Shown here piece by piece: positions 48,161 to 58,233 of a stretch of 64,000 bases of DNA. This DNA is from Caldisericia bacterium (GTDB lineage Bacteria; Caldisericota; Caldisericia; JAAYUI01). The number at the start of each line of letters is the position of its first letter. Positions within the stretch are counted from its first letter, which is position 1. Made by a program: the position numbers and the translations under genes. Below the pieces are notes generated by a model that did not search any database, was not told the origin of the DNA, and saw only the letters and a list, made by a program, of their open reading frames with translations. The DNA lies in the NCBI GenBank assembly GCA_963674785.1, contig OY771555.1, forward strand, positions 1,952,001 through 2,016,000. Reading direction: 5' to 3'.

Positions 48161-48188
48161 AAAGCCCCTCACTTTGAGGGGCTTTTTT
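48161..48188 (+). terminator. Intrinsic terminator
   Basis: AAAGCCCCTCA-CTT-TGAGGGGCTTTTTT. Confidence 0.9.
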
Positions 48189-48206
48189 AATGCAAGTACA
48201 TTATAA

Positions 48207-48978
48207 ATATAAAACAACCCCCACCTTCTTTAGGTGGGGGTTGGGATTATCGCTTTGTACGATTTATTGGTTTATTCTGGCTTCGGTTGTTACAAGGTTA
48301 TGGACAAGGTATTTCAGATGCATCTATGGAGTCAGGGGTTATCTTGTAACAGTAGAAGTAGGAGCCTGCATATTTGTTTTGTAGTTCGATCTGGATTGTG
48401 TCATCGGTTGAGATTGAGAGGTCAATGCATTTTTCTTCTGCAGGTCTGTCGATTGTTGCTATGATGTCAACATCGTTTTCAAGTGATGTGATTCTGAGGG
48501 TGTATGGGCTACATCCACCAAATCTGTCTACTGTGACACAGAGTTTGTCACCATCATATGAGACATCGATATCTGGTTTTGGACATGTTACTGGTTCATC
48601 TGGTCTTCTGTAGACTATGAGTACTGACTGGTCTTGTACTTTGAGTCCTTCGGAACTTGTTGCAACTGCAGTATTGATTACTGAGACACCTGGGTTGATT
48701 TTGATATCGTCTCTGAGTTTGAGTACGAGGTCTACGAAGTATGTCTGGCTTGGGTTAAGCTGACCGATTGCCCATGTGATTTTGTTGAGACCAAGTGATC
48801 CTGCTGGAACTGAGCTTACATATTCAAGTTCTCTTGGGAACATATCTGTAAGAACAACGTTCATTGCTTCTCTGTCACCAACATTTTGTACTTTGAGTCT
48901 ATATTTGATCTTGTCGCCCTGAACTGCAAGGAATTTCTTTGATGTTTTTGAGATTGTGAGTTCTGGTTCACCAAGACA
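48207..48978. repeat. 772-bp direct repeat copy 1 (3' end, 3'UTR and terminator of giant protein A)
   Basis: No mismatch seen by eye against 53364-54135 (offset 5157); identical ORF-track translations at 48234/53391 and 48374/53531. Confidence 0.92.
48211..48243 (-). terminator. Intrinsic terminator of giant protein A
   Basis: CAACCCCCACCT-AAAGA-AGGTGGGGGTTG-TTTT on the minus strand. Confidence 0.88.
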
Positions 48979-51900
48979 CACATTAGTGTACTGTGCATTT
49001 ACAGGTTCTGGTGCGGTTTCTGCGGATGTAACAGCAACGTTTGTGAGTCTTGTTCCTTTTTCAAGATGACCAACAGTAACTCTTACTGATATTGTAAATG
49101 ACTCATATGGGTCAAGATTTCCATCATCACTGATTGAGGTTGTCCACATGTTGTCGCCTAAATCTGGTGGTGGATTTGCATCGAGGAATGTTACACCCTG
49201 TGGATAGTTTTCGGTAACAATTACATTCTGCTGAGTAAATGGAGTATCGTTGGAAACTGTAATTGTATATGTAATAACTGAATCTGGGAGAACTGTGTCG
49301 GTTGGATATGCAGTCTTTTCAATTGAGAGTGATGGAATGATTGGAACCTGAAGAAGATGCATAATGTGTGCTCCGCCTTCTTCTTCGGTGGTTGGATATT
49401 TTGGCTGTGGATGTGGAGCACTTGGGTAGGCTGCACCTGTTACAGTTCCACAAGTTCTTGTTCTTGTATTCTGGTAATAATCCCAGTTACAAGATGGCTG
49501 CTGACCAGTATTCATGTTTGGAATCTCAGTTGGTACACATGGTCCAACTCCGTCAGTGAAATCAAACTCATCGGTTGGGTCAACCGTAACAAGCTCTGCA
49601 TCGCTACAAACTGCATATGGTCTATACCAAATCTCTGTATCATTACCAGCAAGATAAGAATTTTCAACATGTGTTAGTGGATCATAAAGTGGATTCACAA
49701 GTGGGTCATAAGCTGGGTCACCAAAGTCTCTCTGTTCAAGATTCCATCCCCAAGCGGAACCATCATTTGCATAATCAACATGGACATATTCATCCCAATA
49801 TGAGTCTTCAGTCCAGGCGATAGCAGTTTTGTTACCACCAAAGCTGAATGGTCTATTCCAGAACCACTGTGAGGCAAGCTGTTTACCAGCTGAATACCAC
49901 TCTGGGGCAGATGCCCTTGGGCTGAATCTATAGTCTGCTGGGAATCCAGGAGGAAGTGTTGCGGGAACGTAGTTTGGAACTGCATTTGCATTCCTTCTAT
50001 CACCAATTCTGTTTGGATCAGTATATGCCCACCATGCACCTTCTGGTGCTGGAAGTGGATTCATCCATAAGCGGTCACCTTCTGGAAGTCTGTCTGAACC
50101 AATCGCGAAGAAATCCCATTCAGGTTCCCATCGTCCCCTGTAAGCAGCTCCGCTTCCGCTATCACTTCCACATGGGTTGTTATCAGTTGATGTTCCTATA
50201 TGTGTAATATAGGCTTTTCCGCCACTATTATCATATTCCCATTCTGCGACATTCGGTGGAGTCCTAAATCCTGTAAATGTTGAAACTACATGGTTGCCTA
50301 CAGGTCTTCCTGCATCATAAGCACCATCTGAAATCATGATTCTTGAAAGTGGAAGGTTGTCGTTTTCAAAAATATAGAGAATTGCAAAACCATAGAGTCT
50401 TCCGCCACCCGACTGAGCCTGCTGATAGAGATTTGTGATATGAATATCATCATAGATATCATCGATGAATCTTGTTATATCAAATCTGAATGCGTTAAGT
50501 TCGTCTCCGCCACCACTATCACATCTTGCAGGGCTACCAGGGATTCCACCTCTGTTTGAGCCGATATATTCACCATAGCAATACTCCCATGGTGATGGGT
50601 TTATTGATTTACCTGGGTTAACAAGGATTGGTTCATGCTGCCAACCTGTTCCTGGGTTATAACCAGCATCGTTTGTGTAAAGATAAGCTGCAAGGAGATT
50701 TGAGTTTGAAGGAATATAGTCTGGTCTTGCAGTTTTGTTTGGAAGTCCATCTGTTTCTGGGATTGTGCTATCGGTTACAAACTGGCAATAATAATGTCTG
50801 CCAGATGCTGCAACAACATCGTTTGCAGAATTGTATCTGGTGGACTGAACAAGCAAAGCATGCCCAATGTTTCCAGTATATGCCGGGAGGTCCTGAACAA
50901 GCTGCTGGACTGCAGGAGCGTGCACATGCAGATAGAAAAATGGGCCTGTATTTGCGTATGAATAGGAATCAAACTCTAACCCAACACCATCAAATCGGTA
51001 AGCAATTCTGTGACTAGTAAATGTACCTCCTGGCCACGTGTCCCAATATGAACTATCAGTACCGCCACCAAGCGGGCCAACTTCCGCACCACCATCATAT
51101 GTAAAGTACATATAATCATTTGCATTTTCGCCATCACCTACAACAACAGCAGTATGGATTGCCGGACCTCTGTGTTCATCAGTCCAGTAAGTAACTGCTT
51201 CAGCTTCGTATGTTGATGGATCTCCATCTGTATCAACTGAATAAGTGATTATAAAGCCACCTTCATCTCCACCTACATTGATGAAATTGAGTCCTGCCGG
51301 GAGAGTTAAGCCGGCTTCCTGTGATGTAAGTCTGCCTGACGCTCCAAATGCAAGCCCAGGAATATTTGTGCCATATGCAGGAAGATATGTCCATGGAGGA
51401 TTACCAGAACCATCATGTGTTGGATGATACATTATGTCTGTCGTTTCATCATCATCGTCATCAATTTCAATAACTTCAATGTGAAGATCGCCTGCGATTC
51501 CCTGCTCAGCTCCACTATTTACGCCACCGGCAATTGTTTCATAAAGGAAAGGATAAGCTGGAGTAAATGAGCCCTGATCATCAGAATAATATGCACCAAA
51601 ATCACATATGAAATTTTCATTTCCGACATCAGCGGCAACATATGCAAGTCCACCATTGGGGTTTGATGGCCCACTTGGGACAAATACATGTGCCCCAGTA
51701 TGAGTTCTTACATCAAGAATGTTTTGTTTACCATACCAGATGGTTTCAAAATCTTCTTCTTCAACATTTGACTCTCCACCCATATCGATGTCATTAAACA
51801 GAACCTCTGTTGTGAACTGATTGTAAAGGGAGATATTATCATAGATACCAGCAGGGAGTACTCCCCATCCGCCACCATTCATGAACCAATAATCATAATA

Positions 51901-53166
51901 TCTTGAGTTCCAATCAGTAAAGTATGTGTCGACACCATATGTCAGTGCATTTGAGGTATCAATAATGGCTGGCGAAGTTTCTCTCCAAACCTTCCACCAA
52001 CAAGAGGCGGAAAGATTGTACCTTGTCCATGTAAGTTCCTGTGATCTGAGGTTTGTAGGTGATGTGTAGTAAAGACCACCCGAAGACTGGATTCCCGGTT
52101 GATTAAGGTTTTCATAGTTTGGAAGAGTTATTGGAACACCCCACATAAGATGCGGTCTTCTTGCGAGTTGTTTTTCAGCTGCTGTTGGCCATGGTGCACC
52201 ATAATTTGCAATATCACCAGGATCATAAGCATTTCTCTGACACCAAAGTCTTCTCGCGAGAATTGCCTGCATCTCAACCATACCCTCACCCCATGGATGA
52301 TAATATGGGTTCAATTGGTCGTATTGAGCATGAATCATCTCATGAGTAAGAGTGTCGAGTCTTCCGTTTCTGGCGCTTGTCTGCCACTGTCCGATTACTG
52401 CACCGGTTCCACTATCAATCCAATCTGGTCTATCGTCTGGGTCGGCACCATAACCGGTTGGCATATGAATTTCGGCTTCCCAGCCACCAACACCATCAGG
52501 AATTGAGGTTCTGTAGAAAGCAGCTACACCAACGCCAGGACCGTTGTCTCTTACAAACGAAATTGACTGGCTATTGAATGGTGAACCGAATACGTCAGCA
52601 ATACAATCCTCCATTCCAACAACAATACCGTTTCCACCACCTTCAACAAAAAACTCAATATTTGGCATCTCAGATGTGCAATCCCATCTTGGATCATTTG
52701 GCCCAAGGGAACCTGAGGTATCACAGGTGTAGTCCCAGTCAATATCACCAATAGGTGGAATTGCCTGCCCTACGGCGTTTAAAGCAAAAGTCTCAGTTTC
52801 TGTTTCTGGTTTGTTTCCAAGAGGTTGTCCATTTGCAATCAAAGTCACAACTGGAAGTCTTGTGCTCTCAATAGAATCTGAGAATCGATAACCAGCATTA
52901 TAGATAACATTGTTGATTCTGTTTCTGATTTCGACCCTATGTCTCTCAGAAAAATCAACAAAACCTGCTGTATGGTCATTTGGTAACAGATCGGTTACAT
53001 CAATCAAAATCTGTCCAGGATTTTCGTAAGGTCTTTCACTTTCGTCGTTGATTATAACACCATCTAGATTCACTGAATCAGAGGCGAATACAACTCCGGC
53101 GAAAGAACCAAAACCAAGCGTCAAGGACAAGAAAGCAATCATGACAAAGGAAAATACCTTCTTCAT
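48298..53166 (-). CDS. Giant secreted protein A (~1622 aa): HExxH metallopeptidase-like region, DUF3344-like region, two DUF11 repeats
   Basis: MKKVFSF signal peptide with AGGAG SD; LTHEMIHAQY...WGEGMVE; FRFDIT...YGFAILYIFEN; LSIEKTA/LTISKTS..G..I.Y.L.V.N.G...NVVLTD..P..LEY repeats. Confidence 0.8.
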   Translation of the reverse strand: MKKVFSFVMIAFLSLTLGFGSFAGVVFASDSVNLDGVIINDESERPYENPGQILIDVTDLLPNDHTAGFVDFSERHRVEIRNRINNVIYNAGYRFSDSIESTRLPVVTLIANGQPLGNKPETETETFALNAVGQAIPPIGDIDWDYTCDTSGSLGPNDPRWDCTSEMPNIEFFVEGGGNGIVVGMEDCIADVFGSPFNSQSISFVRDNGPGVGVAAFYRTSIPDGVGGWEAEIHMPTGYGADPDDRPDWIDSGTGAVIGQWQTSARNGRLDTLTHEMIHAQYDQLNPYYHPWGEGMVEMQAILARRLWCQRNAYDPGDIANYGAPWPTAAEKQLARRPHLMWGVPITLPNYENLNQPGIQSSGGLYYTSPTNLRSQELTWTRYNLSASCWWKVWRETSPAIIDTSNALTYGVDTYFTDWNSRYYDYWFMNGGGWGVLPAGIYDNISLYNQFTTEVLFNDIDMGGESNVEEEDFETIWYGKQNILDVRTHTGAHVFVPSGPSNPNGGLAYVAADVGNENFICDFGAYYSDDQGSFTPAYPFLYETIAGGVNSGAEQGIAGDLHIEVIEIDDDDDETTDIMYHPTHDGSGNPPWTYLPAYGTNIPGLAFGASGRLTSQEAGLTLPAGLNFINVGGDEGGFIITYSVDTDGDPSTYEAEAVTYWTDEHRGPAIHTAVVVGDGENANDYMYFTYDGGAEVGPLGGGTDSSYWDTWPGGTFTSHRIAYRFDGVGLEFDSYSYANTGPFFYLHVHAPAVQQLVQDLPAYTGNIGHALLVQSTRYNSANDVVAASGRHYYCQFVTDSTIPETDGLPNKTARPDYIPSNSNLLAAYLYTNDAGYNPGTGWQHEPILVNPGKSINPSPWEYCYGEYIGSNRGGIPGSPARCDSGGGDELNAFRFDITRFIDDIYDDIHITNLYQQAQSGGGRLYGFAILYIFENDNLPLSRIMISDGAYDAGRPVGNHVVSTFTGFRTPPNVAEWEYDNSGGKAYITHIGTSTDNNPCGSDSGSGAAYRGRWEPEWDFFAIGSDRLPEGDRLWMNPLPAPEGAWWAYTDPNRIGDRRNANAVPNYVPATLPPGFPADYRFSPRASAPEWYSAGKQLASQWFWNRPFSFGGNKTAIAWTEDSYWDEYVHVDYANDGSAWGWNLEQRDFGDPAYDPLVNPLYDPLTHVENSYLAGNDTEIWYRPYAVCSDAELVTVDPTDEFDFTDGVGPCVPTEIPNMNTGQQPSCNWDYYQNTRTRTCGTVTGAAYPSAPHPQPKYPTTEEEGGAHIMHLLQVPIIPSLSIEKTAYPTDTVLPDSVITYTITVSNDTPFTQQNVIVTENYPQGVTFLDANPPPDLGDNMWTTSISDDGNLDPYESFTISVRVTVGHLEKGTRLTNVAVTSAETAPEPVNAQYTNVCLGEPELTISKTSKKFLAVQGDKIKYRLKVQNVGDREAMNVVLTDMFPRELEYVSSVPAGSLGLNKITWAIGQLNPSQTYFVDLVLKLRDDIKINPGVSVINTAVATSSEGLKVQDQSVLIVYRRPDEPVTCPKPDIDVSYDGDKLCVTVDRFGGCSPYTLRITSLENDVDIIATIDRPAEEKCIDLSISTDDTIQIELQNKYAGSYFYCYKITPDSIDASEIPCP

Positions 53167-53260
53167 ACTGCACACTCCTAATTTAGTTTTTTGATGAATC
53201 AATAAGAAAGGGTGTATCTCGCGACACACGCACAAATCTTGCACATAATAACACTTTCAG

Positions 53261-53288
53261 AGTCTACCTAACTATTCAAATCTGTCAA
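53261..53288 (-). promoter_or_regulatory. Promoter TTGACA-N16-TAGACT of protein A
   Basis: Perfect -35; 16-bp spacer. Confidence 0.7.
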
Positions 53289-53363
53289 CCTTTCCCAAAA
53301 AAACATCTAGAAAAATTGAATAAAATTAAAAAAATGAGAAAATATTTCACACCCATCTTGATG

Positions 53364-54135
53364 ATATAAAACAACCCCCACCTTCTTTAGGTGGGGGTTG
53401 GGATTATCGCTTTGTACGATTTATTGGTTTATTCTGGCTTCGGTTGTTACAAGGTTATGGACAAGGTATTTCAGATGCATCTATGGAGTCAGGGGTTATC
53501 TTGTAACAGTAGAAGTAGGAGCCTGCATATTTGTTTTGTAGTTCGATCTGGATTGTGTCATCGGTTGAGATTGAGAGGTCAATGCATTTTTCTTCTGCAG
53601 GTCTGTCGATTGTTGCTATGATGTCAACATCGTTTTCAAGTGATGTGATTCTGAGGGTGTATGGGCTACATCCACCAAATCTGTCTACTGTGACACAGAG
53701 TTTGTCACCATCATATGAGACATCGATATCTGGTTTTGGACATGTTACTGGTTCATCTGGTCTTCTGTAGACTATGAGTACTGACTGGTCTTGTACTTTG
53801 AGTCCTTCGGAACTTGTTGCAACTGCAGTATTGATTACTGAGACACCTGGGTTGATTTTGATATCGTCTCTGAGTTTGAGTACGAGGTCTACGAAGTATG
53901 TCTGGCTTGGGTTAAGCTGACCGATTGCCCATGTGATTTTGTTGAGACCAAGTGATCCTGCTGGAACTGAGCTTACATATTCAAGTTCTCTTGGGAACAT
54001 ATCTGTAAGAACAACGTTCATTGCTTCTCTGTCACCAACATTTTGTACTTTGAGTCTATATTTGATCTTGTCGCCCTGAACTGCAAGGAATTTCTTTGAT
54101 GTTTTTGAGATTGTGAGTTCTGGTTCACCAAGACA
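53364..54135. repeat. 772-bp direct repeat copy 2
   Basis: Matches 48207-48978. Confidence 0.92.
53368..53400 (-). terminator. Intrinsic terminator of giant protein B
   Basis: Same hairpin as 48211-48243. Confidence 0.88.
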
Positions 54136-57100
54136 TGAGTTTTCATACTGTGCATAAGCTGGGTTTGGAGCTGTTTCAGCTGATGTGTAACAGGTGTTGA
54201 GGAGTCTTGTTCCTTTTGGAAGATGTCCAACCTGAACTCTTATAATTACTGAGAAGCTCTCATGTGGATCAAGGTTTCCATCATCACTGATCGAGGTTGA
54301 CCAAATATTTTCACCTAAATCTGGTGGTGGATTTGCATCGAGGAATGTTACACCCTGTGGATAGTTTTCAACAAGTGTTACATTTTCCTGGGTATAAGGA
54401 GTGTCGTTTGTGATTGTGATTGTGTAAGTTAGAACTGAATCTGGAAGGACAGTTCCAGTTGGATATGCAGTTTTTTCAAGTGAAAGTGATGGGACAATTG
54501 GAACCTGGAGAACAAAGGCATGTAAATGTCCTCTCTCTTCAGATTCTGGATAATATGGTGTTGGCCATGGGCCATACATAGTTGAATATCTACATCTTTC
54601 AGCGGCAGTGCTTGTGTTACAGTTTGGTGGCCAGTTATTTCCCCACTCTGTTGCAACACAAGGTCCGTTACCATCTGTGAGATCTGCTGAATAGTTGTCA
54701 CCGCAAACAAGATATGGTCTCAGGGTCACTGTGCTATCGCTACCACCGAGATAGGAGTAAATACCAGATCCAGCTGATGTTTCAGTGATATGTGGATAGT
54801 TATTCCATCCATCAAATGAACCATCCGAATTATCTTCATCATAATCAGCGTTAACGTATGTCCACCATGGGTCATCCTGCCACATAAGTGCAGTTTTTGC
54901 TGCAACGACAGTAAAGTTTTTGTTCCAGAACCATGCACAACTGAACTGTTTTCCGGTTGATGCATATGTTGGATTCATAGCTCTTGGTCCCCAATAATAT
55001 GGATCTGGGAATCCTGGAGGTCTGTTTGGTGGGTTGCTGGCATCGCTAGTGCTACCAATCCAACCTGGTGCCCACCATGCACCACCTGTTCCATCTGGGT
55101 CAGCTGGAAGTGGATTGAGCCAGAATCTATCCATAGATTTCATATCAGATCCGCATGCCCAGAAATCCCATTCTGTGTTGAATGTTCCAGCAAATCTTCC
55201 GCGTCCGTTATCAGCAGAGTTACCAATAATTCCAACATAAGCACCGGCATTTGCTTCGTCAGTTACCCACTGATCGGGATCTGGTGGGGTTCTGAAACCT
55301 GTGAAAACAGTATTTGAGTTATCACGATGGTTGTTACAAAGCCTGAGGGCTCCGTCCATAATCATAACCTGGTTGAGAGGAAGATTCTGGTTCTCGTATA
55401 TCATTACAACTTCGTAACCATATCTTTGTGGGGAACCTGGTTCAAATTCCTGATAGAGATTAGTAACTGTTATTGTATCATAGCAGCTTGTAACATAAGG
55501 TGTTATGTCAAATCTAAATGTTGACTGGGTTGATGCCCATCCACCACAAGCACAGTTATTCTCGAGGTTGCTTCGTGGTTCATTATCTTTTCCAAGGAAC
55601 TCACCAGTGCAAAGTTCTGAAGTTGGGTTTCCAGCTCTTCCGCCGTTAACAAGGATTGGAACGTGCTCGTATCCGCCAGTAATTCTTCTACCTACAGAGT
55701 TAGCATAGATGTAACACTTAACGAGTGTAGAGCCAGATGGAATGTAGTCTGGTCTGTAAACAAGATGAGTAAGGCCGGTTGGAGCTGGCTGAGCATCAGG
55801 GCTTACAAACTGGTTGAAGTAAATTCTGCTTGGCTGATATGAATAATCGGTTGACTGAGCGATCATTGCAAAACCATATCTACCGATCATTGGTGGGATG
55901 TTATTACTAAGTCGGTTGAATGAGGTCACGAACTGTTTTACATAGTAGTATGGACCAGCATTTGCGTAAGCATAGTCTGGATATGGAGCATTCTGACCCT
56001 GGAATTCATAACCAAGAATTCCACCATTAACATCATCATAGTAAGTATTGTCCTCAAAAGCACAATCTCCACCAAATCCTGCAAGAGCACTAAAGGCACC
56101 ATGATTTATATTAAATGCAATCTGGTCGGCAGTGTTCACACCACCACCAACAATGACACCAGACTGTCCACCCACATACTGTTCTTGGTTTGCAAAAAGT
56201 CCGCTGTACTCAGCTGTGGTTGTTGCAGATGTATCTTCTGCCTGGAATACTGCCTGGTAACCACCTCTTGGAAGTGGGCCACCTGGTACTGAAGTATCTC
56301 TAAAATAGAGAGCTGGTGGGAAGAAAGCTCCACCTTCAACGGAATTGATTCTTCCGGTTGCGGCAAAAGTCATGATTGTTGCACCTGAGGCAGGAACATT
56401 TGTCCATGTCGTAGCAGTTGGCCAGCCAGCACCAGTGTGTGCATCATGATAACTCACTCTAGTTGTGATATCATCACCTGGATTAAGTCCCCCACGTGCG
56501 TGTAGTGAATAGACTGTGAGGTTAAGATTTCCAGCGAGACCAATTTCGGAACCACCAGCAATTGTCTGATAGAAGTATGGTGAATTATCATTGCTGTAGA
56601 AAATACTATTTGTTGGGCCACCTGTGTAGTATGTTCCGAAGTCACAAATTCCTGACTGATCATCACCAGTTGTGTACATCTGTCCGCCAGCAGGTGTTGA
56701 TGGACCAAATGGAACATAGAGTTTTCCACCAGTATGAGTGTTTACATCAAGGACATGCTGTGCTCCATACCAAACAGTCTCATAGTCCTGATTCTCAACA
56801 AGGGTATCACCCTTCTCATTATCAAGGACAGTGGTTGTGAAACTGTTCATCAAGTCGACATCGCCTCTGATTCCTGGATAACCACCATCGCCATTTGCAA
56901 AGTAGTGATCCCAATACTCTGAGTTCCAATCAACGAAATATGTTCCAGCACCATATGTTGCACTGTTTGTGGCAGAAATAATTGCTGGAGATGTCTCTCT
57001 CCATACTTTCCACCATGTTGTTGCCGAAACGTCATATCTTGTGTTCATAAGATATGGATATCTTGGGTTTCCACCTGTAATGTCATAGAAGAATCCGCCT

Positions 57101-58128
57101 GAAGGCTGAATGCCTTCCTGGTTAAGGTTCTCGTATAATGGAAGGGTTGTTGGTACACCAAGAGCAAGTGTAGATTTGTTTGGTGGTGTATATGAGTTTC
57201 TCTGGCACCAAAGCTTTCTAGCCAAGATTGCCTGCATCTCGATCATACCTTCACCCCAAGGATGATAGTATGGATTGAGTCTATCATAATATGCGTGAAT
57301 CATCTCATGAGTAAGAGCATCAAGTCTTCCCTCACGAGCTGTAACCTGCCATGGAACACCTGTATCGTTTCCTGCTGCATCATACCAATTTGGTATTGTA
57401 TCAGGGTCATCGCTACATCCGGTTGGAAGGTCAATGTATCCGACAAAATTTCCACTTCCAATTGGTGTTTCAATTGAACTTGTATACTGAGCATAAACTC
57501 CCTGTGGAAGTCCATCGTTTCTTCTGAAGATTACAGTCTGTGTGAAGAATGGGGTTCCGAAAACATCGGTAATACAATCTTCGATACTTACTGCTACACC
57601 ATTTCCTCCACCTTCGACGAAAAACTCGATATTTGGCATTTCGACATTACAATCCCAAAGAATGCTTGGTGAGGACTGGGAAGTTCCACATGAGTTCATG
57701 AAGTCCCAATCAATATCACCAGACGGTGGGACTGCCTGGTTGACTCCGAAAAGACTGAATGTGCTCTCCCCTTCTTTTCTTTCACCAATCATCTTTCCAT
57801 CGGCAACAAGAATTACGGTTGGAGCATATATCGTCGATCCATCATCTGGAAATCTCTGGTTTGTGGTTGCCCAAGTCTGATTAATTCTACTGAGAATAAT
57901 CTCCTGGTTTCTTGGAGTCGTTAGATACCCAGCGGTGTGATCTGACACCAAATCAGTCACGTCGACGACCATAGCACCAATATTTTCTATTGGTTTTTCC
58001 TCATCTACTACAACCAACCCATCTGTTCCATCTACGGGACCAGTTGCACTTACAGATGTCACGACCATTCCAAAGACCATAAAAACGATCAGGAATGCAG
58101 CAACAGCGATGGCATATGTCTTATTCAT
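53455..58128 (-). CDS. Giant secreted protein B (1557 aa), paralog of A
   Basis: Signal peptide; LTHEMIHAYY...WGEGMIE; WWKVWRETSPAII shared with A; DUF11 repeats; identical C-terminal ~226 aa. Confidence 0.82.
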   Translation of the reverse strand: MNKTYAIAVAAFLIVFMVFGMVVTSVSATGPVDGTDGLVVVDEEKPIENIGAMVVDVTDLVSDHTAGYLTTPRNQEIILSRINQTWATTNQRFPDDGSTIYAPTVILVADGKMIGERKEGESTFSLFGVNQAVPPSGDIDWDFMNSCGTSQSSPSILWDCNVEMPNIEFFVEGGGNGVAVSIEDCITDVFGTPFFTQTVIFRRNDGLPQGVYAQYTSSIETPIGSGNFVGYIDLPTGCSDDPDTIPNWYDAAGNDTGVPWQVTAREGRLDALTHEMIHAYYDRLNPYYHPWGEGMIEMQAILARKLWCQRNSYTPPNKSTLALGVPTTLPLYENLNQEGIQPSGGFFYDITGGNPRYPYLMNTRYDVSATTWWKVWRETSPAIISATNSATYGAGTYFVDWNSEYWDHYFANGDGGYPGIRGDVDLMNSFTTTVLDNEKGDTLVENQDYETVWYGAQHVLDVNTHTGGKLYVPFGPSTPAGGQMYTTGDDQSGICDFGTYYTGGPTNSIFYSNDNSPYFYQTIAGGSEIGLAGNLNLTVYSLHARGGLNPGDDITTRVSYHDAHTGAGWPTATTWTNVPASGATIMTFAATGRINSVEGGAFFPPALYFRDTSVPGGPLPRGGYQAVFQAEDTSATTTAEYSGLFANQEQYVGGQSGVIVGGGVNTADQIAFNINHGAFSALAGFGGDCAFEDNTYYDDVNGGILGYEFQGQNAPYPDYAYANAGPYYYVKQFVTSFNRLSNNIPPMIGRYGFAMIAQSTDYSYQPSRIYFNQFVSPDAQPAPTGLTHLVYRPDYIPSGSTLVKCYIYANSVGRRITGGYEHVPILVNGGRAGNPTSELCTGEFLGKDNEPRSNLENNCACGGWASTQSTFRFDITPYVTSCYDTITVTNLYQEFEPGSPQRYGYEVVMIYENQNLPLNQVMIMDGALRLCNNHRDNSNTVFTGFRTPPDPDQWVTDEANAGAYVGIIGNSADNGRGRFAGTFNTEWDFWACGSDMKSMDRFWLNPLPADPDGTGGAWWAPGWIGSTSDASNPPNRPPGFPDPYYWGPRAMNPTYASTGKQFSCAWFWNKNFTVVAAKTALMWQDDPWWTYVNADYDEDNSDGSFDGWNNYPHITETSAGSGIYSYLGGSDSTVTLRPYLVCGDNYSADLTDGNGPCVATEWGNNWPPNCNTSTAAERCRYSTMYGPWPTPYYPESEERGHLHAFVLQVPIVPSLSLEKTAYPTGTVLPDSVLTYTITITNDTPYTQENVTLVENYPQGVTFLDANPPPDLGENIWSTSISDDGNLDPHESFSVIIRVQVGHLPKGTRLLNTCYTSAETAPNPAYAQYENSCLGEPELTISKTSKKFLAVQGDKIKYRLKVQNVGDREAMNVVLTDMFPRELEYVSSVPAGSLGLNKITWAIGQLNPSQTYFVDLVLKLRDDIKINPGVSVINTAVATSSEGLKVQDQSVLIVYRRPDEPVTCPKPDIDVSYDGDKLCVTVDRFGGCSPYTLRITSLENDVDIIATIDRPAEEKCIDLSISTDDTIQIELQNKYAGSYFYCYKITPDSIDASEIPCP

Positions 58129-58233
58129 ATCACCAGCTCCTTACTTTATTTTGTTAGTCGGGATAAAACAGCACGCACGGACACACACACCCTTGCACCC
58201 ACACATGATCATAACGAATGAATTAACAGACAG

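Noticed and set aside
48234-53770. Duplicated small plus-strand ORFs (76 and 79 aa)
   Set aside because: Antisense shadows of the identical 3' blocks; no SD or recognisable product
48207-54135. IS, composite transposon or prophage att repeats
   Set aside because: The repeat is in-frame coding sequence plus a terminator; no transposase, integrase or terminal inverted repeats
58171-58204. (CA)n microsatellite as a phase-variation tract
   Set aside because: Only five units and outside the promoter spacer; treated instead as part of the shared leader motif
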